Below, piece after piece: positions 14,039 to 27,184 of a stretch of DNA of 64,000 bases. The translations under genes and the position numbers were made by a program. Every line of letters begins with the position of its first letter. Positions within the stretch are counted from its first letter, which is position 1. The notes beneath the pieces were generated by a model that was not told where the DNA came from, searched no databases, and saw nothing but the letters and a program-made list of their open reading frames with translations. This DNA is from an uncultured virus (IMG/VR IMGVR_UViG_3300001335_000606) (Duplodnaviria; Heunggongvirae; Uroviricota; Caudoviricetes): IMG/VR virus record IMGVR_UViG_3300001335_000606, one strand, 5' to 3'.

Positions 14039-15061
14039 TTAAAACAATTCCTTCTTATTTCTTCCCATCCAACTAGAAACCTGTTTCACTAAAAGTTTGT
14101 TGAATTGTTTTTCTTCAACTTCATTATTGAAATTTAATTTATTTTCGTTAGTTAATTCTTCAATAATATCTTCGCACATTAAGTTCATAATTTTCCCAAA
14201 ATCAGTAATACTATATTCCCCGATTTTAGAAATAATATTATTAAATCGTGGAGTGCAAATTAAAACAGATGCATCTCCTAATATCTTTAATAGATCATCT
14301 GATATCTTTTCTTTAGGTTTTTTAATTTTAGTTCCACTATTTTCCTGGAATTTTTCATTTTTATCTTTCAGAATTACTCTTGACATTCCCATAAAAGCAT
14401 GATTGTGAGGTTTAATAACATGACCTTCTCTAATATTCCCCTCTACTTCCTTTTCCATGCCAAATTCTTTCCAAATTTCAGAAGGATCCGCATTATGTTC
14501 CATAGACCAATTAATACACTCTTGTAGTATTCCACTAAAAATAATGGGAATAACTGGAATATTATTTTCTTTACAAAGAAAAACCACTTCTGGATGTGGA
14601 AGATAAATAAATTCCCCATCTTTAAAATTAACGCGGATATCAAAAACAATAAATTCCGTTCTATTGGAATATGCGATTTTACCTTGAATTTTAGTAGCAC
14701 CTTCTTCGGTTTTCATTCCAGGATAAAATCCACCACAAAGTTCACCAAAGACTGTATAAGATTCTATACCAGTAAAATGCAAAGTTTGCAAGAATTCAAG
14801 AATTTTGAACCCAAATGTAGGGAAATCATACCTTTGCATAATAGATTGAAAATTATTAAATTTTTCTTCTGCATCTAAAAATGCACCTCTTCTAGCTGGT
14901 TTTATATCATTACTATTAAAATCAAAGGTTATTGAAAAATTACTTCCATCTACTTTTTCTGTCACATACCAAACATCTAAAAGCAATTTTGGATTATTCA
15001 TAATCTTTTCCAAAATTTTATTTGTCATATTTTCTATACTATTATATTTTTTATGTTCCAT
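14039..15061 (-). CDS. rnl2: RNA ligase, Rnl2 family
   Basis: Nucleotidyltransferase motifs EKVDGSNFS, VFGELCGG, FIVFDI, EGHVIKP, ILKDKN. Confidence 0.9.
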   Translation of the reverse strand: MEHKKYNSIENMTNKILEKIMNNPKLLLDVWYVTEKVDGSNFSITFDFNSNDIKPARRGAFLDAEEKFNNFQSIMQRYDFPTFGFKILEFLQTLHFTGIESYTVFGELCGGFYPGMKTEEGATKIQGKIAYSNRTEFIVFDIRVNFKDGEFIYLPHPEVVFLCKENNIPVIPIIFSGILQECINWSMEHNADPSEIWKEFGMEKEVEGNIREGHVIKPHNHAFMGMSRVILKDKNEKFQENSGTKIKKPKEKISDDLLKILGDASVLICTPRFNNIISKIGEYSITDFGKIMNLMCEDIIEELTNENKLNFNNEVEEKQFNKLLVKQVSSWMGRNKKELF

Positions 15062-16759
15062 TTTTCACCTCGGTAATTAATTCCATTTCCTACATATTGG
15101 TAAAATTACTATTATTTTCTTTTGTAGTTTCATAAAATGAGGATCTACGATCCGCAATAGACAACCTTGCTCTGTCAATCAAACCGTATTCATACTCTAA
15201 CATCTCCATCCAATTTGCTACAGGTACATAATTGCGATGGTACTGGTCAATGATAAACTTTAAACGATCTATAAGTATTTCATAGTCCTCAATTTCTGAC
15301 TTTAAACGCTCCACACGCAAATCTGTTAGTCGTTGGGCTTCTTCTGCAACACCCTTAACAAGTTCGGCAAGGGTAGTGTCTTTCTCATCTTTATTAGACA
15401 TTTTATTCTCCTATCATTTTGATTAGTTTTTCTTGATCGCTAATAATCCAAATCTGATGCCAGTATTTGGGGATTTTTTTGAAAAGATAAGCAAGCTGCT
15501 TATCCGACAGAAAATGCTTTTCTTCATATTGACTTGCAAGAGATGAAAGAAAATGTGCATCAACACCCGTGAACCCTACTCCATTATAATACTTGGTGTT
15601 TTTATCATCTCGTTCATCCCAGGTTTGATTATCATAAATTCTAGCAAGTGCATGAAGTGCCCACATTTTGTTTGTGGAGAGCATGCCTTTAAGGAACTCT
15701 TTAATCTTTTCTTGCGAAACCTTCATGATTGTAACCTCTTTTTTTCTTTACTACTATTATAACCAAATTCTAAAAAAAGATGGTTAAAAAAAATTATTTA
15801 AGAGGTTTTTTAATCTCATCCATAAATGCATTTAGAGGATCGTATTCCTTATTTAATGGTTGGTTTTTAGGAATAAAGATTGTTCCGTCTTTTGCTACAT
15901 AGTATGACAATTCTGGAATATACAACCTAATTACGTCCCTTAAAACCTCATTCAACATATTACTATTATATTCCATATCTTCCGATGAGCATGACAATAA
16001 TACTTGAGTTGTGTTAGGCAATCCAAGATTGTTTATCGTTTTGTTATCTGTGGAATATAAACCCTCTACTTGAATACAAGAACCGTCTTCCATTGTTAAA
16101 GATAAGGTGTCATAAGAATGACCCTTTTTATCCCAAGGATTGGACATAAAAAATGATACCGCTCCGGTTCCTTCACTTATTCCAAAGAATACGTCATTCT
16201 TCTTAAGGTACCTAAAATCTTTAGGGTCATGTTTAACTTCTACAACAATAGTTGCGAAATTTGCCCTCCCATTAAACCATCTGACGCTAGCTCCTAAAAT
16301 TTCATCAAAATATTTTTTATTCATATTCTATTCCTATTATAAATTTAAAGTTTATCCTATAATATTCCACGCACCAGGACTTTGTATTGCGGGATATCCA
16401 GCATTAACCAGTGTGGTATACATTTTCTGAGCTTGGGGAATATTCCAAGAATGAACTATAATACTTACATTTTTACGATAATTATTTTCAATTATCCATT
16501 TAACAACATTCATACCACAATTATCCTATTCCCATTCCATTTGTTTTCCACCCAAATCGTGGTCAAGGAAGATGTAATCATAATCGGGAGTTTGTGCCAA
16601 TTTTTCAAGTGCCTCATCAGCAGTGTATACATAATCCACGTACTTAGCTCCCAAATGATTCTACAATCTATCCTTAAATACCTTCATGCGTGCCAAGTCG
16701 TCATCTAATACTAATATCTTCATAATAATTTCCTTGACCACGATATCCCATTATAAAGT

Positions 16760-17293
16760 TTAAGATACTACACGATATTTTCCTCTCGAAACTTTCTTAA
16801 TGTAGCGGCCTTCTCTTACGGTGGGGCGACGGAGGTAACTTCCATTGTTCATTGATTCTTCCCCATAAAGGGCTGCACTCCAGAAATGGAGAGGAGTATT
16901 TTCACTGTACCCTCTAATAGCATTAATTTCATGCTGCAGATCCGAGAAAGTGAACATTTTGTGCCCATACTTTTTTAACAGAGCATCAATCAATTTACTC
17001 TTGCTCATTGTTCCACGAGGCTTGGGAATGTAGGAAATCATATATTTCCCCCTTGATACTCTCTCCAAAAATCGGTTATCTTTAGCAGTGGGTCTACAAA
17101 AATAACCACTGTTAGGATCTTTACTTCCACCATGACCTGTTGTTTCGTATAAGGCATAAGACCAAATCCCAATTCCATGTTTAGTCGTTGAATACCCTGT
17201 TAATTCTCGAATAACCTTTTCGATATCACGATAACGGAAGGTTGATGTTCCATGCTTCTTTTGCAATGTGTCAAGTAATTGTGTTTTTGTCAT
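16760..17293 (-). CDS. Hypothetical protein with two tandem internal repeats (possible winged-helix pair)
   Basis: Two ~85-aa halves, MTKTQLLDTLQKKHG...VSRGKY and MSKSKLIDALLKKYG...VSRGKY. Confidence 0.6.
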   Translation of the reverse strand: MTKTQLLDTLQKKHGTSTFRYRDIEKVIRELTGYSTTKHGIGIWSYALYETTGHGGSKDPNSGYFCRPTAKDNRFLERVSRGKYMISYIPKPRGTMSKSKLIDALLKKYGHKMFTFSDLQHEINAIRGYSENTPLHFWSAALYGEESMNNGSYLRRPTVREGRYIKKVSRGKYRVVS

Positions 17294-20200
17294 AAGTTTT
17301 ACCTCTTTATTTAGTTTTGTTATACTATTGTAACTTTGTATTTGCTACCTTCGTAGGCATTGCCCTCTTTCTTGATAAGAATGTCTTCATTCCCGTTATG
17401 TTCATGATGAAAAATAAAGGTCTCAGGGAGAATGCTCTTATTTGTTAAATATTCTCGTTTAAGTGTAAACACACAGGGTTCAACCCATTCAAATTTGTGA
17501 TGACTCACTCTGGAAGGGTTCTTAAGATCACGCTCAATTGGAAGTAACCACCATTCATCTTTTTCATTTTCCCAATCTCTGCGTAAAGTTTCTGCGCGAA
17601 TTCCAGGATCAGTTTCAATCAAGATCCAATCAAATATTCCAAGCTTATCTAAATCCTTATCGGAACACCCCGTCCTTTCTTTGATGATATCTCGGGCAAC
17701 CCTCCTAACCTTTTTAGAGGTAGTTTCATAAGCACCCTGAATATAAGTTCCAGGTATTCTATCATCATGTTTAGACTTAGTGATTTGCAAATGGCTAACG
17801 AATGGAGTAATAAAGGAAAACAAGGTGATTCTATGTTCTCCAATGATTAGAATATCACCATCCTGAGATACTTCATCAAAATACATTTTGATTTTTTCGA
17901 TATTAACTCCATTCCACTGAATAGAACCATCAAAACCTTTTTTGAGATAATTTTTTCCCATCGTTATAACCTTCTTTTATTGTATATTAGTTTTTACCGA
18001 TACAAATCGTCAAATTCGTGATTGATATCCTCATCCACTTCCGCAAATTTTTCTTCCAAATAATTAAGATAATCAACATCTTCAGAGTCTGGGGGAAGTG
18101 GAATATTTGCCCAAATGGTTACTTCTTCATAACGAAGACCAATAACAATGTTTTCTCCATCTTCCCAAGCTGTTATAATCTCAGAGAAATCGTAAATTTC
18201 AGTGTCGTTATCTGAGATTGACTCTTCAAGATTTTCATAGAAAACAATCTGGTCAGGATGGTTTTCCCAAATGGGATGATCCTTGTCCAAATACATTTCA
18301 CCATAATCCTTTGTAGGATCTGGATTGAATGTTACATCGTTTAACGGAAAATACATTTTACTCATTTTACAACCTCTCTTTTATTATATTATAACCAAAT
18401 TTTGAAAAAAACATAGATTTTTTTTAATCGCATGGAAGATGCTTAAAAATCTCTTTCATCAATTGCCAAAATCCTCGTTTTCGAAGGAAATTTTTATGTA
18501 TTCCACCATAAATGATGTTGTTTTTTTCATCGCAACAAATATAAGTGTAATTTCCTTTCTCTATGGTACCACTTCCATCATTAACAATAGACATAGTGCC
18601 AATAACTTTTTTCAATTCCCATTTACCCCATGGGATAATTTCTATAGTAATTTTAAGCATATTTCACCTATAAGTTTATCTTTTTTTTAAATCATTAATA
18701 TAACTTTCATAATTATTTATGTTGGTCTATACAAGTCATAATCATCTCCAAACAAAACTACATACCCTTATCTATAAGGAGGTAATAAAACATACTCTGT
18801 AACGCACTCATCCTTCCATCGCTGAACACACCCCAAACGACGGGGTTCATCAGTATTATCAAAGGGCATAACCGCATAACACCCTCGACTACGTACCAAA
18901 TAAGACTGCCAGCCAGCGGCTTGAGGATACGTGCTCCGATCCTCTACATCAAATTTGAAACTCCTCAACCCCTCATTGAGGAAAAGAGCAGAATCTTGCA
19001 ATTTAGACTCTGCAACAGCAGGAGCTTCAGAAACATCCTTCTTATCTACATCGTGAAAAACTACAGGAGCTAACTCACCATTCTCTTCCATTAACTTAAT
19101 TTTAGCTTCCAACTCCTCAACCAATGCATTCAACCCCGCAACATCGTTCTCAACCCATAAATCATGTGCTTTGTGTGTATAACGAGTATACATTTCTGAC
19201 GGAACTCGATGCCCATCAACAAGATCTTTTACATAATCTTTCTGTTGCATAGCCTCATCACACGCAGAAGAAGACTATTGAAGATATTCTTTCCAACTAG
19301 TACAATATATTTTATCAATTCCTGCCATATTAACCTCCCACAGGCATATGAGGATTATACGGAAAAATATCATCTTCGAATATGGTTATTTCGGGCGCCA
19401 TAGATAGATATTTGTAGTCCTCATCAAGTACTCTGATTGTATATTCCACGTAAGTATGGTAGTTAGTAAAATCAATCTCCGACATGAGTTTTCCCAATTC
19501 AGTTTGTATCGTAATGGCCTTGGGTTTAATATCCACAATAACTCCCCACAAATTTACATTAAATGAGGCAGTGCCCTCACGGTCCGCATAAGTGCGAAAC
19601 CACACTTTATCCCCAATATCATATTTACTTTCAAATTTCATAGTTTTCTCCTTATTTAATCCAATCTTCCACGTACATGAATGTTCTTAAGACCATATTC
19701 CTCAATGCAAAAATCAACCACTTCGTCAAGCAAATAATAGTTGAAGTTCAAGCACTGAGAAACGATTGCGCCTGGATAGTTCCCAGTTTCGTTTAAATAT
19801 TCTACCAATTTGGGATCCAAAGCATTAATGAAGATTTCTTTGAATTCCCTGATGGCCTGGTTTGCAAATCCACCACGACCAAATAATTCCTTTGCTTTGC
19901 GTGATCTACCATCAAATTCAACCCAAGCGAACCCACATCCACCACCTAAAAGCACAAATTTCTTAGGTTCTTTATTAGGGGCATGCATGACCACCGTATC
20001 TTTGATACTTATTTCGTCTTCAAACTCCCTCAGTATTTCAGGAAGTTTGTTTTTCAAGTATTCCAAAATTTTCTCTTTCACTATTAACCTTCTTTAATTT
20101 CCAAAGTTTCTCTATCCAAGGTAAACTTGTCTTCATAGCGAGTATCTACTAAGTCGTTCTTAACACCACTCTTAACCACTAGATAAATTTCACTAGCACT

Positions 20201-21905
20201 GAAATCTTCCACTTCTACATGGCAATATCCACCACTATGAAATTTAAACGACCACAGGGGATCACTATTGAGGAAGATTTCAAACTCTTGAATTTTCGTT
20301 TTTTCTTCTGGAGTAATGCTCTTCATAATAACCTCACTTAATATTTTAGGATAATTTTTTCTCAATCCAACGATCGCGAGCGATCCTGCATTCTTCCACA
20401 GATTTCTTTACACAAGAAAAGAATTCACCGTCAGAATTGCGATAATCATACTGCACAAATTTTTTGTTATCAATGTCAAGATATTCTGCATATTGTTCTT
20501 CATTAGACTTGATACTTCTGGAATCAAGAACAGAACCGAAGGGACGGACAAATGTTTTGCTAACTATGTTTTTCATTTTTTTCGTCATTTTGTAACCTCT
20601 CTTTTTGTCTTTCTTATATTATAACCAAATTATAAAAAAAAAACACTTATATTTTTTCAATAAAAACCTCAAAGTATTCCCTTAACCTTCCATTATTCTT
20701 TATTTATCATTTTCTTTTTTGTATTGTTCTATTATATTTTGAAGCCATTGTGACAGTAATTCCTTGCCCTCTTCATTATCAAATACATGGTTGGGATTAA
20801 GAAAGTACCTACCGCAACAGGGGCACCAATATAATGCAACTTTAACGCATATCAGTTGACAATTACAATAAAGGCATTGCATATTATACCTCAATTATCT
20901 CAATAAATCCTTCATCAATATAAGATTGAATTACAGGATTAATAGTTTCTTTAGAATCTCTAGAACTATCTGTAATAATAAGTTGCAATGCTTGCCATGC
21001 TGCGGATTCTGAACTCCAAACACTTTTATACCCACGATATAATGGTTTACGAACAAACTTACCATTAATTTTAATCATATATGCTTTCAAAATTTGAACA
21101 TTATTCCTTTCGGCATATTCTATTAATTGTTGTTTTGTTTTCATATTCTATCCTCTTGTTTTTCTTACAGTATAACCAAATTATATAAAAAAAAACTTAT
21201 ATTTTTTCAATAAAAACCTCAAAATAATCCCGTCCATAATTGGTGTGCACTCTATTGCCATAATCTTCATATACATTAGATTTTTTGGCATAAGTGTAAT
21301 ACTTCAACCATGCAGGAAACCCCAATAAAATCCAATCTCCATTTTCCTTCAAAATGTCTTTTCTTTTTACTGGCACATACCAATGAAGGTGACACCAGAT
21401 ATTCCCACTATAGTCAAAATATTTGGGTTTGGAGGGTTTGATTATAAGACCATAAAGAAACGCATCTTTCGAATATTCCGTCATTCCCTCTTTCCAAAAA
21501 GATCTGTATCCAAAATTTGAATTATACTCTCGTATTTTTTTACCCAAAAACCTGTCATATCTGGTATGAAAAAACTTCTTTAATTCTCCCGCAGAAGTAT
21601 TGGAAGATTCAGGAATACCACGATGATGGTAATTCCAAGTTAATTTAATCGGTTCACCTTTCTTGTTTTTAACATATTCATGATGATGATTGATTAGTTC
21701 TCTATTGCTTTTCTTGCGTCTGGTAGTTATTGGAGATATCAGAAACATTTCTAGCATATCGTAGGGCATTGCATAAATTCCTCTACGAGCAGGAGGAGTG
21801 TGCACCATAGCATTATTGGGAGTATACCCCTTTTGTCGAACGGAGCTAAGTCCTCCGTATCTAACGAATTTGTATGTCTTCATAATGCATCCTATAAATG
21901 ATAAA

Positions 21906-22610
21906 AAAATGCCCCTTTAAGGTACTCAACATGTCTTGGGAAGGGGCTAACCCAAGCAGTCGGGATAGAAAAGTTACTATCATATCTTGTTTCTACGCCT
22001 AAACAAGCAAAGGGCATTTTGTCTACTAGGTCTTACCTTGTCTGGAGATCACAAACCACATGGGTCTCCTCCCAGATGTTGTGCCAAATGAATAAGCGGA
22101 GCCGGAGGATGCTTATTCATTTTAATAGACAAATTAATCGGCAAGCTTATGGTACTTGCCATGAGACCTGATGCTCACATGTTTGGTTGCTTGTGGGAAA
22201 CAACCAACGGGTCAACCTTCCAGATAAAAAGTAGGTGCAACATCTATCACATAATGATAGACACCCTAGCATACCACCGAATGGTATTGAGCATGATGCA
22301 CCAATAATGGGGATCCGAAGATTAGTCATTGCCCCGTACCGTGTAGGAGCAGACTTCTAACGAAATCCTCGGAGCATATTTTTACATATTGCTAATCCAG
22401 GATCCCCTTGTCCATACGACGAGCTATAAATTTTTTGGGGAATCAGCTACCTCCTCTTCTGGAGATAAGCACCCCATGCCGTTCTACCCAGTGGGGTACT
22501 GAGCAAAAACAACCAATTTCTTTATCTTGAAGGGTGGGGCTTACCCGTGTGGACGAGCCGATGTCGTTAAACCCAGGGATTCTCCCACCCCTCTTAAATC
22601 TGTCTTTTCT
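21906..22610 (-). ncRNA. Candidate structured non-coding RNA region
   Basis: About 700 nt without a credible ORF, GC above background, promoter motif upstream (~22627), closing inverted repeats 21906/22020 and 22437/22586. Confidence 0.45.
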
Positions 22611-22656
22611 TAATCTTGTAATTATATTATAACCCATTATGAAAAAAACTTCGCAA

Positions 22657-24054
22657 TTATTTTATACTTTTTTTAAGAACATATATAGGCTAAGTTTTAT
22701 AATACTTTCCATTATACATCATAGCATTTCTCATACGAAAATGTTTAGTAGTCTACTTATTTTTGTTTGACCCCGATGCAGGTGTTAAAGCCATATTATA
22801 AGTGTCTACCAACTAATAACCAATTTCTTTAGCCAAACTTAGTGCATCTTCTTGTATCGGTTTATTGCCAATAGAAGCAATATTTAAATAAAATAAACCA
22901 TTGGGTGCCAACAATTCATATATATTTGCTAACATAGCTCTAAGAAATTTCTATTTCCATAACTAATAATTGTTATAACGATTATGGGATTGCAAAGGAT
23001 TGTCTTTATCATACATTTCCCTATTGAAATATGGCGGTGATGTAAACACCACATTGACCTTTGATATTAGAGATTTGTAATATTTATCGTACAACAGATC
23101 CTAAGCTGGCAACTTAGTTTTAATTACTGTTATATTTACATCTGCAATTTCTTTGTTCCAAAACTAATATATACTCTTAAATCTTCCATGTGTGAACTCG
23201 TTTGGATCATTTATAATATAAGTTGGTTCACCATCCATTAATTTGTCATTGTTTGCTAAAAGACCAATCAATCTACTTCCCCAACCACAACAAGGATCAA
23301 AAAATATCAAATTTTCTCCGTCATGTTCCACTCTATCAATTGCTTCCCAAAAGATGTATTTGCTAATGGCTGCCGGAAAATTACAAACAGGTTGACCTAA
23401 CCCTAATCTAAGTACACTACCAAAATGTGGGAGAATAGTATACTTCTATCTTGTGTTTTCATCCATTACATAATGAGGAATTTTTAATTCATATTTTCTG
23501 TTATCAAGTTTAACTCTGTGAGAAACGCAATGCATTCTATCCTCTAAGAAAAACATAACCATTAAATGATGAAACCGATCTTTGTTTCTTATAGTGTCTA
23601 TTAAAGAACCTCCTTTTGTTTCTACCTTAGTATCAGGCATTTCCGGGAACCATTGATTTATTGTATTTCCAAACTTATTAAAGTTATACAAAATATTATT
23701 ATCTTTGAGAGTTTTAGAAACATCTAAAGCATCATACTTCTTGAAAGCAATAATAACATCTTCTAAAGTTTTGTTGCCCAATGCAGGCGTATAGTGCTAC
23801 TAATTATATAACCTTAATAACTCTATCCGCAACTATTCCACAAAATCTACGAATGGTTGCGCTGGAGGGTCATTTAAACAGTCAGTTTTAACGATATAAT
23901 GTTTTACTTCCTTTCCCTTGCTGGCTGGTGTTTTCATTGTTTTATAAACATTGTACTGCCTATTGGGATAAGCAAGCATTTGCATCTAATAAAATGTTTT
24001 GTTATATTTGGGACTTAGTGTTGTTTTCTAATTTTTGTAATATAAAGGTAGCAT
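22657..24054 (-). CDS. Amino (N4-C/N6-A) DNA methyltransferase, 465 aa, TAG-recoded
   Basis: NFPAAISKY, motif I FFDPCCGWGSRL, motif IV VFTSPPYF, C-terminal YYKT*PIYV; interrupted by TAG, ends TAA. Confidence 0.85.
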
Positions 24055-24056
24055 TT

Positions 24057-24521
24057 TTACTCCTGATAAAGTTCTATTTTCATGTTATTTGTTATAAACT
24101 TTAAAAATTCCTAATCATATTGGCCTAAATCATATTCATTTTTATAAACAATTCTAATTATGCCAGTTTGAACTAGATTCTTTAAGCAATGCTGACAGGG
24201 AAAGTAGTTACAATATAATGTAGCTCCATCTACAGAAATTCCGTTCTTTGCAGCAAACATTATTGCATTCATTTCTGCATGTATCTAATGAATATTAGAC
24301 CAATTGTGATGATGCATTCTCCATTGATTATCTTGTATTATCCATTGATTTTTTTCAAAATACTAATCGCAATTTATATAACCACTAGGGGTACCATTAT
24401 ACCCTATTGATATGATTCTAGTATCTTTTACTATTACACAGCCAATTTTCTTAGATATGCAATGAGACTACTTAGCTATTCGCTACGCCAATTCCATAAA
24501 CAATTTATCTTTGTTAGCCAT
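24057..24521 (-). CDS. cd: dCMP deaminase, TAG-recoded
   Basis: K*SHCISKKIGCVI, IISIGYNGTP, WSNIH*IHAEMNA, PCQHC. Confidence 0.92.
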
Positions 24522-24813
24522 TCTTAATAAAATCCCTCCACAAATCCAACTTAGCGTCGGCGGATATTGTCATTTATAAGTTTCTTCAAATAAATTCCAA
24601 ATCGTTTCTTCATCCACTAATATTTCACCTTCTTTGGAAACGATACCTAAATCTATAAATCCAGCACAAGTTCGTCCGAAAAAACCTTGTAACCTCCAAG
24701 CATCTCCAGACTTAATAAGAGAAGCAACTGCTTCAACATATTCTAATGGAGTTTCAGCTTGTTCCACACCTTCAACTACCATTGTAGCTTTATAAAGATC
24801 CATAATTCACTTC

Positions 24814-25149
24814 TTAGTGCAATCTACCAATATATTTATTGGATTTTTCCCAGCCTGCTTGGCTTTTATATTTTACATAATAAATAAGCAAATCGGCTTG
24901 ACTTTTGTAATCCACAAAATAAACTTGAAAATCAGATTGTGATTTATAATCTACAAAATACCAAACTTCATCTTTTCCGTTTGCTTCACTCTTATATTTC
25001 CCAACATATACCAGTAAATCTGCTTGGCTTTTGTAATCCACAACAAAAACTTTAATAGAATTACTGGCATATTTATTAACAAAAACATTTCCAGCGGAAA
25101 TTGATGTAAAAAATAGTAATAGTATTATAAACAAAAATAGTTGCTTCAT
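24814..25149 (-). CDS. Secreted repeat protein (DUF6150-like)
   Basis: Signal peptide followed by repeated VYFVDYKSQAD units. Confidence 0.6.
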   Translation of the reverse strand: MKQLFLFIILLLFFTSISAGNVFVNKYASNSIKVFVVDYKSQADLLVYVGKYKSEANGKDEVWYFVDYKSQSDFQVYFVDYKSQADLLIYYVKYKSQAGWEKSNKYIGRLH

Positions 25150-25155
25150 AATTTG

Positions 25156-25665
25156 TTACCTCTTAATATTTAATTTGGCAATGATTTCTTCAAAAGAAAC
25201 AGGAGTATAATTTGTTCTTTCGACACTAACATTGAAATAAAGATTAGAATCATAACTTCTTGAATGTATATGACCATGCACACAACGATATGGCATATGC
25301 TCATTCAAATAAACAGGTTCATGGCAAAGTATAAAATAATCATTATAAATGATAGGGAAATCAATGGCTTCAAAAAAACCGACATCTCTCCAAAATGAAG
25401 GTCTATGTCCGCGATCATGATTGCCTTCAATGAGTATTTTTTTCCCATGTAATTTTTTCAAAAGTTCGATTAATTGTTCTTTGTTCAAACCTAATGAAAA
25501 ATCACCTAAATGAAATATTGTATCCTTTTTTGCAACTACTTTATTCCAATTATTAATCATAGCTCTGTCCATTTCTGAAGAAGTTAAAAATGGTCTATCT
25601 TCATACTTTATAATATTACTATGATTAAAATGTGAATCTGCAGTAAAAAACACCTTATGTTCCAT
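25156..25665 (-). CDS. Calcineurin-like metallophosphoesterase
   Basis: DSHFNH, HLGDF, GNHD, HEP and HGHIH motifs. Confidence 0.9.
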   Translation of the reverse strand: MEHKVFFTADSHFNHSNIIKYEDRPFLTSSEMDRAMINNWNKVVAKKDTIFHLGDFSLGLNKEQLIELLKKLHGKKILIEGNHDRGHRPSFWRDVGFFEAIDFPIIYNDYFILCHEPVYLNEHMPYRCVHGHIHSRSYDSNLYFNVSVERTNYTPVSFEEIIAKLNIKR

Positions 25666-25707
25666 TATTATAATATTCCTTTTATCTAATATAACTCTTT
25701 TAATTAG

Positions 25708-26133
25708 TTATTTTAATCTGTTCCTTAATTCCGTAGTACTCCAAGAATGTTTTCTCGAATTATATTTAATCTCACACAATCCTACACCTGTGTGATTCTT
25801 TCCTTTATACTCTTCTCCCACAAACCTTATATCTGGCTAGATTATCTTTATCATAGTTTCTAAATCCTACTCTGTATCAAATGGAATTATCATATCCACA
25901 TATTTTACAGCTTGCAATTGTATATATCTCTATAAGATACTTTGCACAGGCTTATTTTTTAAATCAGGTCGAGAAATTGTAGGATCAGTTAACAAACCAA
26001 CAATCAAATAATCACATTCAGATTTTGCTTTAGAAAGCATCTATATGTGACCTGCATGTAATAAATCGAATGTACTTGCAGTAAATCCAATCTTATAACC
26101 ACACCTTCTTATTTCCTCAATCTTTTCAAACAT
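25708..26133 (-). CDS. Cytidylyltransferase (TagD/RfaE-like, HxGH), TAG-recoded
   Basis: FTASTFDLLHAGHI*ML, CDYLIVGL, KPVQSIL*RYIQL, RKHSWSTT. Confidence 0.88.
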
Positions 26134-27184
26134 TATATTTACCTTTAAACTTATCAAACAAATCTTCAGTTAACTTAGTAAATACTTCCTTCTCCTAAGG
26201 ATTTGGAATATATTTAAGCACTCTTATAAATTGTGTCAACTCTAACAATTCAAGCATTTCCAAATCCAATCCACGATTTAGCCAAGTATTGGTGAAGACC
26301 TCATATTCAAACATTCTATTATACTTGCGATAAGAATGCATCATCTTAGATATATCCAAAAGATAAGAAGACCAATTGTTCTAATTCCATATAGGATCAA
26401 TAAGAAACATTCCCTTATCAGTTTGTATTATGTTCTAAAGAGAAAAATCCCCGTGACAAAAAGTATTATACTTATTAAACTCACCTTCATGTTCCTCTAA
26501 AAGAGGTAAGATCTAATAAAATTTATCATTAGCTTCACAATGTCTTTCCATTCTTTTTATATACTGAGAAAATGGAACATAGGTTCTGTACATAGAGAAG
26601 ATCTAAATTACTTCGTTTACCTAGGAAATCTTAAATCTTTGACCACTATCTTCTAAAAACTACATGGCTATTGTATTACCAATAACATTATAGATTATTG
26701 GAACATTTACTAGTGGAGATGCCATAGCATACCATTTTGCAGCGTCCAACGAATCAGGATTAGTTTTGTAAATTCTATCTCCCCTTTTTTCCACTATAGC
26801 TCCAGACCATCCAGTTTTAATTTCTCTTATATCAAGTTCATGAAATTCTTCAGGCGTTAAACTTTTATCGTCCACATAATACGCTGCAAGATACTTCTAG
26901 AACGAAAGCATATGGTATTTAACTCCATATCTTTTTAACCAACTTTCCATGCCAGCACGATATTTTTTATCAGCTTTCTGGAAATCTCCATTGCAAGATA
27001 TTTGTCCTCTGGCTGTAACCAAAATAATTGTCCATCCTTCATCATATAACTTATTTATCTTGTTTACAGTCTACCATATTGGCTCAGCATTTTGCCAATC
27101 GTGAGTAGTAGTTACTGATAAAGTGTCGTCAACATCACATATAATTGTTTTAAAATAATTTTCTAGATATGGATTAACCTTCAT
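26126..27184 (-). CDS. HAD phosphatase (capsule-biosynthesis type) fused to an APH/choline-kinase-like phosphotransferase, TAG-recoded
   Basis: DVDDT, TARG, YVDDK (HAD), then HGDFSL*NII and LIDP (kinase). Confidence 0.8.

Larger units (their letters stand above)
3425..21883 (-). other. Dense array of small co-oriented phage ORFans (accessory/early region), mostly TAG-free
   Basis: Tightly packed minus-strand ORFs with GAGG/AGGAG RBS, ATGA overlaps and a recurring upstream promoter motif; few recognisable families. Confidence 0.8.
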
